This document shows, in pieces, positions 31,183 through 39,860 of a stretch of DNA of 64,000 bases. A program made the translations under genes and the position numbers. The DNA is from an uncultured bacterium (lineage in GTDB: Bacteria > Chlamydiota > Chlamydiia > Chlamydiales > Rhabdochlamydiaceae). Position 1 is the stretch's first letter, and each line of letters opens with the position of its first letter. The notes under the pieces were generated by a model. That model was not told where the DNA came from. It was given only the letters and a program-made list of their open reading frames with translations, and did no database searches. Where the stretch lies: positions 6,713 through 70,712 of the forward strand of contig CAYTOK010000006.1 of assembly GCA_964439595.1 (NCBI GenBank). The letters run 5' to 3'.

Positions 31183-31919
31183 TTGCTTATCCCCCATTTT
31201 TTTTCTAACTGAGCAACCTTCCCTTCCGCAATCAGCTCTTGAGTAGCCTTTTTTATCTGCTCAGCAAGCGCTAGTTCGTTTTTGTTGATCGCAATTCCAT
31301 TGCCTAAAGAGTATTCTTCAGGGCGTAAAGGCAAGTTCACCACCCGTAAATCAGGATACTGCGCCAGCAGAGTTTCAACTAAGGATGGGTCTGCAAGAGC
31401 TGCGCTAGATTTTCCAAAGCGGATTTCCATGACAGCATCGGTGATCTTTTCTACCTGCTTAAGATTTATCTCGGAATACCGCTTTAGTACGCTTTCTTGA
31501 AACGATCCAGCTTCAACGCTCACGGTATACTTAGCCAAGCTTGCCATAGAAGAAATTCCTATAGGGACCTTTTTCCAAAAAAGGACAGGCATTTCAGTTA
31601 CTTTTTCTCCTTGGTAGTAAACCATTTCCATCTTCTTCTCTCTCTCCTCTGTGATGGAAATAGCCCAAATAAGGACATCAACTTTATTTTGCTGTAAAGC
31701 GAGTAAAAGACTCGGCATGCTGCCACAGTCTTTTAGCACAAGTTCTCTCCCCAACTTAGCCGATAGCTCTTTAGCAAAATCAACATCAAAACCTTCGTAA
31801 TCCCCCTTGCCATTTAGACTAACATAGGGCGCGTAGCCCGATGTGGTTCCTACCACAAGGAGCTTTTCTCCTGCAAAAATTTGCGCGGACAATAGCAATG
31901 TAAATAAATATTTTTTCAT
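31179..31919 (-). CDS. Family-3 periplasmic substrate-binding protein (ArtJ/HisJ-like)
   Basis: 246 aa. Signal peptide MKKYLFTLLLSAQIFA. LLVVGTTSGYAPYVSL..GDYEGFDVDFAKELSAKLG. First gene of a three-gene operon. Confidence 0.88.
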   Translation of the reverse strand: MKKYLFTLLLSAQIFAGEKLLVVGTTSGYAPYVSLNGKGDYEGFDVDFAKELSAKLGRELVLKDCGSMPSLLLALQQNKVDVLIWAISITEEREKKMEMVYYQGEKVTEMPVLFWKKVPIGISSMASLAKYTVSVEAGSFQESVLKRYSEINLKQVEKITDAVMEIRFGKSSAALADPSLVETLLAQYPDLRVVNLPLRPEEYSLGNGIAINKNELALAEQIKKATQELIAEGKVAQLEKKWGISK

Positions 31920-32007
31920 TTAAAAATCCTTAAAAAAAATGTAAATAAAAGAAAATGCGCGCCTAACAACTAGAAACAAAAGCTAGCGTTATTCGAGCAG
32001 TAAAAAA

Positions 32008-32076
32008 TTAGATATGATGATGATGATGGCAAGCGGGTGTGAAGAGTGACATGAAAGAAAAGGAATATGTACTCAT
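32008..32076 (-). CDS. Candidate 22-codon leader ORF with five consecutive His codons
   Basis: Minus strand reads GGGGGAGATCATT-ATG AGT ACA TAT TCC TTT TCT TTC ATG TCA CTC TTC ACA CCC GCT TGC CAT CAT CAT CAT CAT ATC TAA, giving MSTYSFSFMSLFTPACHHHHHI. The Shine-Dalgarno-like GGGGGAG ends 6 nt before the ATG. The stop lies 88 nt upstream of the SBP gene start. Confidence 0.35.
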   Translation of the reverse strand: MSTYSFSFMSLFTPACHHHHHI

Positions 32077-32341
32077 AATGATCTCCCCCGTTTGAAAGAT
32101 AGAAACCACTCTATCCCATTTACTATAATTTTACAATACCATTTTTATCTATCTCAGGAGAATCTCAGCACTTGCTGGGTCAGTGAATTCTCCTCGAGAA
32201 ATAATAAGTAAAAAAATATTATTCTTTTACCCATCTAAGGATGATGCTAGAAGTTATGTCTTTTATTTCTCAAAACTCTCATCCTGAAAAATTCTAAATA
32301 CAAGACAATGCTGCTAATAAAATCAGATGTGATATTTTACA

Positions 32342-33529
32342 TTAACTCCAGAAATAAAATAACGAAGACAAAAGGAAAGTCAAAAAAACAGGAACCTTAA
32401 TCGCTTTAAACCCAGTGAAATAATATATGATATTTAAAACAGTAAGAACTATCAATCCTGGATAACAAATTTGTAAAATAGGACTTAAGAATGCAGCAAT
32501 ACTAGAAAATCCTAAATTAGCAAAGCATGTTGTGATAAAAAGAGTCACTCCTAAAGCCATCATGGGATGTATTTTCTCCTTGCATAAATCTTTTTGTAGA
32601 TAATCTGCAAAAATAAGAGAAAGCGTTATGGCCGTTGTTAAGCAGGCTGTTACTATAGCAATAGAGGCAATAAACCCGCCAATAGGCCCAAGAAGTCTAA
32701 AAGCAATAAGGCTAAGAAGATCCTCAGAATTACCACTTGAAAAGTTTCCGTGGTATACAGATATAAAGGTAAGACCTATATAAGTAAAAAGTAAAAGAGC
32801 AGCAGCAATCAAACTAGAAAAAAGCATTTTCCTAGAAAGAGCCTTCTTTTGATCTAAAGAGGGGTTAAGATCTACTTTTTTTTGAAAATGGGGAAGAACT
32901 ACCGTGGCAAAAAGAAAAGCCGCTATAAGATCCATCGTATTATAGCCGCCAAGAAGTCCCTGAAAAAAACTAGAAGAAGGGCTAACCGAAATAGATGCTA
33001 TTGGCAATTTATGAAAAAAACCTGAAAAAAATAAAAAACCAAGGGACAACAGTAAAATAGGAGTTAAAACGATGCCAAGAAGTCCAATAAGGTTTTGTCT
33101 TCTAAAACTACAAAGAAAAATAACTAAAGCAGCCCCAATACTAAAAGCAGGCAAAGATAAATTCAAGCAATAGGGTTTAAACGTTGCATGCATTAGAGTA
33201 ATAAGACGGGGAATTACCCCAAAAGGCCCTAAAATAAGCTGCAAAAGTAAAAGTAGCATAACTCCTGGAATAGCCCCTAAACGGCCAAAAAAGCGACGGC
33301 AGTCGGCTTGAAAAAAAACCATACCGGCAAGCCCCAAGAAAGGAACAATAACCGCAGTTAGTCCAAGCCCCAAAATAGCATATCCCCAATTACCACCAGT
33401 AGCTTTCCCTATAAGCAGGGGAAAAATCAAATTACCGGCACCAAAGAACATAGAAAAAAGGGCAAATCCTGTAGCAAGAAGACTCGGTGACCTTTCTGTT
33501 TTTATTATTATCTCTTGCTCTGCTATCAT
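32342..33529 (-). CDS. brnQ: Branched-chain amino acid transport system II carrier (LIVCS family)
   Basis: 395 aa, ~12 TM. GFALFSMFFGAGNLIFPLLIG is the BrnQ signature. Confidence 0.88.
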   Translation of the reverse strand: MIAEQEIIIKTERSPSLLATGFALFSMFFGAGNLIFPLLIGKATGGNWGYAILGLGLTAVIVPFLGLAGMVFFQADCRRFFGRLGAIPGVMLLLLLQLILGPFGVIPRLITLMHATFKPYCLNLSLPAFSIGAALVIFLCSFRRQNLIGLLGIVLTPILLLSLGFLFFSGFFHKLPIASISVSPSSSFFQGLLGGYNTMDLIAAFLFATVVLPHFQKKVDLNPSLDQKKALSRKMLFSSLIAAALLLFTYIGLTFISVYHGNFSSGNSEDLLSLIAFRLLGPIGGFIASIAIVTACLTTAITLSLIFADYLQKDLCKEKIHPMMALGVTLFITTCFANLGFSSIAAFLSPILQICYPGLIVLTVLNIIYYFTGFKAIKVPVFLTFLLSSLFYFWS

Positions 33530-33732
33530 AAATCCCTCAATATTTTATTGTTTTAAGCGATTTTACCCTGATTTTTTTTTATCAACAATTAAAATTTACA
33601 CAAAAATGCATTTACTATTTATAAAATAAATATTATACACGTAAAAAACTTTAATAATTAGCCAATATTATATTTAACTAAATCCTTCTTTATTTTATAA
33701 TTACGCATAAAAACTATTTAAATAGGATTTAA

Positions 33733-34605
33733 ATGATAAATTCAACTTATAATCTCCTCTTAGGACAAGAAAACCCTAACAAGTGGCATACTCCCCTCAA
33801 TATAGAAAAAATTACTATTACAAATAATGAACTTAAGTCAAAGGTTGAAAATAGCTTTTACACTATAAATAAAATTACAGGTGATGTTTACTTACAAAAA
33901 CCCCCTGTCGCGATTCGCTGTATTTCAATGGTGCTCATTCCTACGTACGCACTTTATGGAGTGGGATTTGCTACATGGCATCTTTTACGAATTCCTTTTG
34001 ATGTTATAAAAATTGCTGCTTTTACCTTTGCTGAAATTAGTCAATACTACTCAGAGCAAAAATATTTAGAAATCGCAAAAATGTTTTATAAAAAACCAAT
34101 AGAGATTCTCACTTATGGAATAGTTGTAAATTTATACAACTTAGCAAGAGATCCAATTTACACAACACTGCTTGTCGCAAGCTCAATTCTTACTTTTCTA
34201 GCTCCAGAAAATCGTTTATTAGACGGAAAAGAGTTAATAGCTTCTTTAGATCTAAAATGGCACCACGGAGTTTCTTGTAAAAAAGATCTACGTTATAAAT
34301 TGAACACTATTCAAAAAGGCTTTTCGGAAATTAAAACAGGCTCTATTTTTAATGGAATACAAAAAATCTACAAGGCACTATCAAAAGCCGAAGTCGTCTA
34401 TCTTCCGTTTTGCTTTCAAGTACAAGGCAGCATGAAAAGCGACTTCCTCACATTTGAAGGAACCACGTATAACGTTTATAAAGAAATAGACACCCGCTCA
34501 AATGGCCCGAATTTAGCAACAGAATTTAAAGAATCCAAAGTCAAATCTTTTTTAAAAAAAAGAAGTGATCATAAACCATCTACTAAACGAGATCTTTTAG
34601 TGTAG
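33733..34605 (+). CDS. Hypothetical membrane protein (orphan)
   Basis: 290 aa. Hydrophobic pair CISMVLIPTYALYGVGFATWHLL / VIKIAAFTFAEI, and ILTYGIVVNLYNL...TTLLVASSILTFLAP. I recognise no family. Preceded by a 200-bp AT-rich spacer. Confidence 0.45.
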   Translation: MINSTYNLLLGQENPNKWHTPLNIEKITITNNELKSKVENSFYTINKITGDVYLQKPPVAIRCISMVLIPTYALYGVGFATWHLLRIPFDVIKIAAFTFAEISQYYSEQKYLEIAKMFYKKPIEILTYGIVVNLYNLARDPIYTTLLVASSILTFLAPENRLLDGKELIASLDLKWHHGVSCKKDLRYKLNTIQKGFSEIKTGSIFNGIQKIYKALSKAEVVYLPFCFQVQGSMKSDFLTFEGTTYNVYKEIDTRSNGPNLATEFKESKVKSFLKKRSDHKPSTKRDLLV

Positions 34606-34636
34606 CTCAACTGGTAAATCATTAATTACTAGGCAC

Positions 34637-36739
34637 TTACTTCGTTGCCGCTTTTTTAGCAAATTTCTTAGGAGTATAAGTGACTTTCTTCTGCATTTTA
34701 ATGTTATCTAAAAGAATTTCCATAAGACATCCCTTTTCTGATATATAAAGAATAACCTTTCCTTCTGCAATTTCCAGAGGGTAGGGTAATATTTTTCTTT
34801 GTAAAAGATGTCTTATGTGCAAAGGAGTCAATTTAACGCCTTTGTACTCTTTCCAGATGACAAAGTTACACCCATCACGCCAAGAAGAGCAGCCATACCC
34901 CTTCTGTCCTTCAATAATGGGCTTTTTACAACGAGGACAGTCCCCTAAAATAGATTCGTTTACGCGTGAAGAATCACTTTTAGCTATTAGATCCCTTATA
35001 TAAGAGGTAATTTCTTGCATAAAAGTAGACGCCTGTAGTTTCCCATGCTCCACCTCTTTTAATTTAGACTCCCATTCTCCGGTTAACTCAGGAGACTTTA
35101 AACTAGGATCTTGTATTAAAGCTATTAGATAACGACCAAGATCTGTTGCTACAAGAGATTTTTTTTCTCTGACAATATAGCTACGCTTTAATAGGGTTTC
35201 TATAATAGCAGCTCTTGTAGCTGGCGTTCCAAGACCCTTTTGTTTTAAAGCTTCTTTTAATTGTTCATCATCTACAAGCTTACCTGCAGTTTCCATAGCT
35301 CCAAGCAGCGTCCCTTCGGTAAAATGACGGGGGGGTTCTGTTTTTCCTTGTTTTATAAAAGGAGCGTGGGGCCCGTCTTCTCCTTTAACAAAGACAGGAA
35401 GTTCCTGTTCTTCGTCTTTTTGCTTTTCAGGATCTTCTACTTCTTTTTCTTTAGCGTAAAGAAGAGTCCACCCCGACTCTACAATTTGGACACCTTTAGC
35501 TTGAAAAGACACTTCATTACAAGATCCCTCTACAGAAGTTATGCTTTTAATGCAGTGGGGATAAAAAGCAGCGATAAACCGTATTACAATTGCACTAAAT
35601 ACTTTTTCTGCAAAAGCAGAAAGAGACTGAGGAGGCTTCCCTGTTGGAATAATAGCATGATGCTCCCCGGTTTTTTGGTTGTTAATAATACGAGGGGTAA
35701 AAGATAAAGAATTTAAGTCAAGAAATCCTATTTCCGTCGGTCTTATAGAAGCAAGCTGCTGTAAGATTTTTGGCACCTCTGCCTTCATGTCACTACCTAA
35801 AAATTTAGAGTCTGTACGAGGATAAGATATCACCTTACTTTCATAAAGAGACTGGGCTATCTCCAGAGTTTCGCTAGCAGACATGCCATACCTTTTATTC
35901 ATATCACGCTGGAGATCCGTTAAATCATAAAGAAAAGGCGGAGCCACCTTTTCCGTTTTCCCTTCTACTTTCTGTATTTTAAAAGGGTGGGACTCAATTT
36001 TCTCTAAAAGCTCTTTAGCTTGGGTCTCAAATTTAAACCGGTCTCCCTTATATTTGAATACTGTATTTCTATATTTTGTTTTCAACTCCCAAAAGGGTTC
36101 TGAAACAAAATTACGTATTTCATCGTCTTTTTGGACTATCAAAGCTAATACAGGAGTTTGTACACGGCCAACGCTCCAAAGGATCTCACTGCGGCCATAG
36201 CGCACTGTAAAATTGCGCGTTGCATTTAAGCCAACAATCCAATCAGACTCACTGCGACATTTAGCAGCAGCATACAGGTTATCATAATGGCTTCCTGGAA
36301 GTAGCTGCTCAAAAGCTTTTTTCATGGCTTCATCTGTTAAAGAAGTTAGCCAAAGTCTTTTAAAATCTTTTTTCTCTTGCCCTGATAATGACAAGATATA
36401 ACGAAAAATAAGCTCACCTTCCCTTCCTGCGTCCGTTGCTGCTATAATCTCTGTAGAAGAACGGATAAGTTTTTTTATGACGTTAAATTGCTTAGAGACT
36501 CCGGGATTATCGACAAGCTTTAGTTCAAAAACAGAAGGAATAATGGGCAAGGTTGCTAAAGACCATTTTTTTAAAATAGGATCATATTCTTCGGGTTCCT
36601 TTAAGCTTACTAGATGACCAAAAGCCCAGGTCACTTGAAAGCCACAGCCTTCAAAATACCCATCCAAACGATTTTTAGCCCCTAAAAAGGTAGCGATTTC
36701 CTTAGCAACTGAGGGCTTCTCAGCTATTATTACTTTCAT
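34637..36739 (-). CDS. topB: Type IA DNA topoisomerase, topoisomerase III-like
   Basis: 700 aa from the ATG at 36739 (AGGAGAAAAA upstream). MKVIIAEKPSVAKEIATFL, VTWAFGHLVSLKEPEEY, Toprim ATDAGREGELIFRYI, catalytic SYPRTDS, and a C-terminal zinc ribbon GDCPRCKKPIIEGQKGYGCSSWRDGCNFVIWK. Confidence 0.85.
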   Translation of the reverse strand: MKVIIAEKPSVAKEIATFLGAKNRLDGYFEGCGFQVTWAFGHLVSLKEPEEYDPILKKWSLATLPIIPSVFELKLVDNPGVSKQFNVIKKLIRSSTEIIAATDAGREGELIFRYILSLSGQEKKDFKRLWLTSLTDEAMKKAFEQLLPGSHYDNLYAAAKCRSESDWIVGLNATRNFTVRYGRSEILWSVGRVQTPVLALIVQKDDEIRNFVSEPFWELKTKYRNTVFKYKGDRFKFETQAKELLEKIESHPFKIQKVEGKTEKVAPPFLYDLTDLQRDMNKRYGMSASETLEIAQSLYESKVISYPRTDSKFLGSDMKAEVPKILQQLASIRPTEIGFLDLNSLSFTPRIINNQKTGEHHAIIPTGKPPQSLSAFAEKVFSAIVIRFIAAFYPHCIKSITSVEGSCNEVSFQAKGVQIVESGWTLLYAKEKEVEDPEKQKDEEQELPVFVKGEDGPHAPFIKQGKTEPPRHFTEGTLLGAMETAGKLVDDEQLKEALKQKGLGTPATRAAIIETLLKRSYIVREKKSLVATDLGRYLIALIQDPSLKSPELTGEWESKLKEVEHGKLQASTFMQEITSYIRDLIAKSDSSRVNESILGDCPRCKKPIIEGQKGYGCSSWRDGCNFVIWKEYKGVKLTPLHIRHLLQRKILPYPLEIAEGKVILYISEKGCLMEILLDNIKMQKKVTYTPKKFAKKAATK

Positions 36740-36861
36740 TTTTTCTCCTATAGAACTCTTAGAGTATAAGAAAGGAAGGAAAAAAAACACATGAATTTGC
36801 AAAAGCTTTACAGACAAATACCAAAAAGTGTTTTTTTTTGGATGATGATTTTATAGTAAAA

Positions 36862-37698
36862 TTATATATAAGGACGGAACTCCGGATCAGGCTCTCTAGT
36901 AAAAACCATAGGTTTTAAAAAAATCGGGTGTTGAAATCCTAGCTTGCAAGCTTGAAGAGCTACTCTATCATAAAAATCCCACTTAGATCGGTATTTTTTA
37001 TCTCCTAAAATAGAAAAACCTGCTTCTGAAGTGTGTACACGAATTTGGTTTTTACGACCGGTCTCTAAAGTAACCTTTAAGGCTGTCGTTCCAGATTTTT
37101 GTTTAATCACTTCATAATGAGTTACGGCGTGCTTTCCTCTTGAAGCTTCTTTTACACTTCTTACATAATAAATTCCATCTTCTAAAAGATAACTCTGCCA
37201 AGTGCCTTTTTCTGGGGTCAAGTTTCCTTCTACAACAGCCAAGTACTCCCTTAAAATAGAATGCTCCTCGAATTGGCTTTTCAACTTATAAAGAGCTTCC
37301 TCTGAAAAAGCAAATACCATAATACCGGAAGCTTCTCTATCCAATCTATGTACCGGATGAACAGTTCTCCCCTTAAAAGCGATTTTTAAGTGTTCATGTA
37401 AATTTTCAGAAAGATCTGTTTCGGTAGCAACACTTAAAAGACCTGCAGGCTTATACACAACTAGTAGATGTTCATCTTGATATAAGATCTCAAATCCTTC
37501 TCTAAAATACTGCCTTTTTTTTTGCAGCTCCACCTTATCCTCAGGATTGACAATAACTCTAGGATCTTTTACCTGCTTACCCGCTACCAAAATACGGCCC
37601 TCTGAGAGCCAGGAACGTAACGTTGTTTTTGAACTATCTGGAGCAAATTCTTTTAATGCTTCCAATATAGGCTGCGTTTTTTGAACAATCCAAGTCAT
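36862..37698 (-). CDS. RluA-family pseudouridine synthase with an N-terminal S4-like domain
   Basis: 278 aa. LRSWLSEGRILVAGKQV (S4-like), LLVVYKPAGLL, HRLDREASGIMVFA (catalytic Asp), GRKNQIRVH. Confidence 0.88.
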   Translation of the reverse strand: MTWIVQKTQPILEALKEFAPDSSKTTLRSWLSEGRILVAGKQVKDPRVIVNPEDKVELQKKRQYFREGFEILYQDEHLLVVYKPAGLLSVATETDLSENLHEHLKIAFKGRTVHPVHRLDREASGIMVFAFSEEALYKLKSQFEEHSILREYLAVVEGNLTPEKGTWQSYLLEDGIYYVRSVKEASRGKHAVTHYEVIKQKSGTTALKVTLETGRKNQIRVHTSEAGFSILGDKKYRSKWDFYDRVALQACKLGFQHPIFLKPMVFTREPDPEFRPYI

Positions 37699-37824
37699 AA
37701 AATCCCTTGTTTTTTTATCATAAATTATAAGGAATTCCTTAAAAAAAGCAAGAAATTTACAGTAAAACTTCTTTATAAAATAAAACGTCGAATTTAATTT
37801 CTTCTTTTGCTATAAACAAGACTT

Positions 37825-39087
37825 ATGCAAAAGAAAAAAATACAACACTATCTAAGCTATCTAGCCTTGCGAAGTTTTTTTTATCTAATTTCGCTTCTCC
37901 CCTATGCATTTCTACATAAATTAGGAGAAAAACTAGGTGTTATTTTATTTTTTACTGTAAAGAAGTACAGAAAAAGAACTCTTAGCAACTTAAAATTAGC
38001 TACAGACCTAATAATAAACCCCAAAGAGCTCATTCCCCTTGCTAAAAAATCTCTTGGGAACTTGGCTATAACCTGCTTAGAATATGGAAAACTTGCTAAA
38101 GAAAACCAAATCGAAAATATTGTCCAGTGCATTAACCCCTTAGAAGCAAAAAAAATCTTATCGACAGGAAAAGGCGTTATCTTCCTCTGCGCGCACCAAG
38201 CTAATTGGGAACTATTTTTTTTAGAGGGAACCTCAAGAATGCCAGGCGTTGCTATTGGACAGCCCGTTAAAAACACCTACCTATATAACTGGATTTTATC
38301 TATTAGAGAGAAATTCGGAGGAAAAATTGTTCTTCCCAACCAGGCAGTTAAAGAAGGACTCCGAGCTTTAAAACAAGGGAAGTTTTTGGGTATAGTAGGA
38401 GACCAGGGAATGCCAGGATCAGGTTTTAGCTCTCCTTTTTTAGGAAGAGAAGCATGGACATCTCCCCTCCCCGCACTTTTATCCTATCGTAGTGGGTGCC
38501 CCATTATAACAGCTACTATGACAAGAGAAAATGGTAAATATTTTATCCACTACTCAGATCCCATCTGGCCTGTGCAAAGTACCCCCTCAGCAGAAGAAAT
38601 TCCCAACCTTATGAAAAAAGCCTTACTCCCTTTGGAAGATAGCATAAAAAAAACTCCTTCACAGTGGCTTTGGCAACATAATCGCTGGAAACAGCAGCTC
38701 TTAGGGAGAGTCAAAAAAAACTATAGACAAGACGCCATAGCCGTTCTTCTTCCTAAAAACACTATGGAGAACGAAAACCTCAAGCAGTTACTACAAACCT
38801 TTAAAGAAATATATCCCTTAGAGCTTCTTGCCTTTTTTTCCCCTATTGCTTTAAAAATGGAAGGAATCGAAGAACACCTTTACCAAGAATATAATGAAAT
38901 AGAGGTCTTAGATTACAGATACAAATTAGTATTTAACTTTAGTGGAGAAGAGTCTTTAAGTAAGCACTTTTTACAGCTTGCAGCCTTAAAAGCTGTTAAT
39001 GCCAAAGAGCTTAGCAAAGAGGCCAACCTACCTGTAAATACCCCGCTACCCAAACTCCTTAAAGAGGTCCTTCTCTATGCCCATTGA
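37825..39087 (+). CDS. LpxL/HtrB-family lipid A (Kdo2-lipid IVA) acyltransferase with a C-terminal extension
   Basis: 420 aa. N-terminal TM, HQANWE (HX4E acyltransferase motif), GIVGDQG, and the usual family end SQWLWQHNRWKQQ at about aa 295, followed by ~125 extra residues. Confidence 0.75.
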   Translation: MQKKKIQHYLSYLALRSFFYLISLLPYAFLHKLGEKLGVILFFTVKKYRKRTLSNLKLATDLIINPKELIPLAKKSLGNLAITCLEYGKLAKENQIENIVQCINPLEAKKILSTGKGVIFLCAHQANWELFFLEGTSRMPGVAIGQPVKNTYLYNWILSIREKFGGKIVLPNQAVKEGLRALKQGKFLGIVGDQGMPGSGFSSPFLGREAWTSPLPALLSYRSGCPIITATMTRENGKYFIHYSDPIWPVQSTPSAEEIPNLMKKALLPLEDSIKKTPSQWLWQHNRWKQQLLGRVKKNYRQDAIAVLLPKNTMENENLKQLLQTFKEIYPLELLAFFSPIALKMEGIEEHLYQEYNEIEVLDYRYKLVFNFSGEESLSKHFLQLAALKAVNAKELSKEANLPVNTPLPKLLKEVLLYAH

Positions 39088-39808
39088 ACGATTTTATGTT
39101 AATGACCCACTAGAGCAAGGCTCTACAGTTTTCTTAAAAAACGAAGAATTTCACCACCTAGCGCATGTTGTTAGGTTAAAAAAAGGGGAAGTAGCCGATC
39201 TTATTAATGGTAAGGGAATTTTAGCTAAGAGCAGGCTAGAAGAAATCGGAAATAAACAAGCAGCATTCTCTATTCTTTCCTTAGAAAAAGAGGAAAAACC
39301 AACTTATGAACTTGTTTTAGCTCAAGCACTGCCACGGCAACCTCGACTGGAATACATTTTAGAAAAAAGTGTAGAACTTGGAGTAACCAAACTCTGGCTT
39401 TTCCCTGGAATGCTTAGTGAAAAAAAAGAATTCAGCTCTTCACAAATTGAAAGAATTAATCATATTATCATTGCAGCCACTAAGCAGTGCGGAAGACTCC
39501 ATCTTCCCGAGCTGACCTTGTCGCCTCCTCTGCTCTCCTGGAAAAACTCTACCCCTCCTAAAAACTCCTTTTTTGGTGATACAGCAGCCTTAGACTCTTC
39601 TTCTTTTTTAAAGCAGCTATCTAAACTAGAAGAAAAATCCTTACTAATCGCAATTGGCCCAGAGAAAGGATTTCACATAAAAGAAACAGTGCATATGAGA
39701 GAAGATTTAGGAATGCAAGGTGTTTTTTTACACGAAAATATCTTAAGAACAGATACGGCTGCCATCTTCTCGCTTTCTTTAGCATCTGCCTTTCTCATCG
39801 AAAACTAA
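39077..39808 (+). CDS. rsmE: 16S rRNA (uracil1498-N3)-methyltransferase
   Basis: 243 aa. RFYV...FHHLAHVVRLKKGE, LEKSVELGVTKLW, ATKQCGR, IGPEKGF, LRTDTAA. Confidence 0.88.
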   Translation: MPIERFYVNDPLEQGSTVFLKNEEFHHLAHVVRLKKGEVADLINGKGILAKSRLEEIGNKQAAFSILSLEKEEKPTYELVLAQALPRQPRLEYILEKSVELGVTKLWLFPGMLSEKKEFSSSQIERINHIIIAATKQCGRLHLPELTLSPPLLSWKNSTPPKNSFFGDTAALDSSSFLKQLSKLEEKSLLIAIGPEKGFHIKETVHMREDLGMQGVFLHENILRTDTAAIFSLSLASAFLIEN

Positions 39809-39860
39809 GATTTCACTCAAAATAACGAAAATTGAAAAACGGGATAAAAAAACACCAAAA

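Noticed and set aside
32014-32028. (ATG)5 microsatellite read on the plus strand as a MMMMMASGCEE mini-ORF
   Set aside because: The plus-strand reading has no RBS and stops after 11 codons. The minus-strand reading (His5) has a Shine-Dalgarno sequence and the same orientation as the downstream operon, so only that reading is reported.
33714-33725. 12-bp palindrome CTATTTAAATAG just before the RBS of the 290-aa ORF
   Set aside because: It consists almost entirely of A/T in a very AT-rich spacer, so chance occurrence is likely.
36740-36817. N-terminal extensions of track ORFs (also 5064-5129, 6380-6430, 8491-8520, 25968-26024, 41286-41327, 43194-43232, 46217-46243)
   Set aside because: In each case an internal ATG with a better RBS coincides with the conserved N-terminus of the family. 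The extensions are hydrophobic or low-complexity and overlap neighbouring genes or spacers.
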